DNA of 64,000 nt, taken from the NCBI GenBank assembly GCA_903813345.2, contig CAIIXF020000001.1, forward strand, positions 42,718,001 through 42,782,000. Reading direction: 5' to 3'. Below are positions 63,937-64,000 of the stretch, in pieces. The notes under the pieces are model-generated. The model saw only the letters and a program-made list of their open reading frames with translations. It ran no database searches and was not told the DNA's origin. Within the stretch, counting starts at the first letter, position 1, and each line of letters starts with the position of its first letter. A program made the translations under genes and the position numbers. Origin of the DNA: Owenia fusiformis (taxonomy: Eukaryota).

Positions 63937-64000
63937 GTGAGACCTAAATAGTTTGTCATTTTCAACATTGTTCTATTCTCATAGGGAATCATATCAGTCC

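Overview
AT-rich, intron-rich animal genomic DNA, probably an invertebrate lophotrochozoan such as a mollusc (inferred from composition and repeat types). It is not prokaryotic. Most of the window is one complete 17-exon minus-strand gene, PLEKHM2/SKIP (RUN domain, acidic disordered linker, PH domains). Its CDS runs 60274->2275, 3063 nt, 1020 aa, with all introns GT-AG and phase-consistent. An SFT2D3/SFT2-family gene starts head-to-head ~305 bp away on the plus strand; three exons are visible and it runs off the window. Intron 2 of PLEKHM2 holds an intact 5.3-kb Gypsy (Mag-like) LTR retrotransposon with identical 152-bp LTRs and a 5-bp TSD, inserted 16 nt from a splice acceptor. The introns are crowded with non-autonomous, often nested DNA transposons (MULE-, Academ/AcademH-, Tc1/mariner-, Harbinger- and Helentron-like). 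I found no convincing new multi-gene system. The most unusual items are the splice-site-adjacent young retrotransposon, a satellite built from an exon/donor junction, a MITE pair flanked by an inverted copy of host sequence, and the apparent lack of the W-acidic kinesin-light-chain motifs in this SKIP. Family assignments come from recalled sequences and motifs, not database searches.
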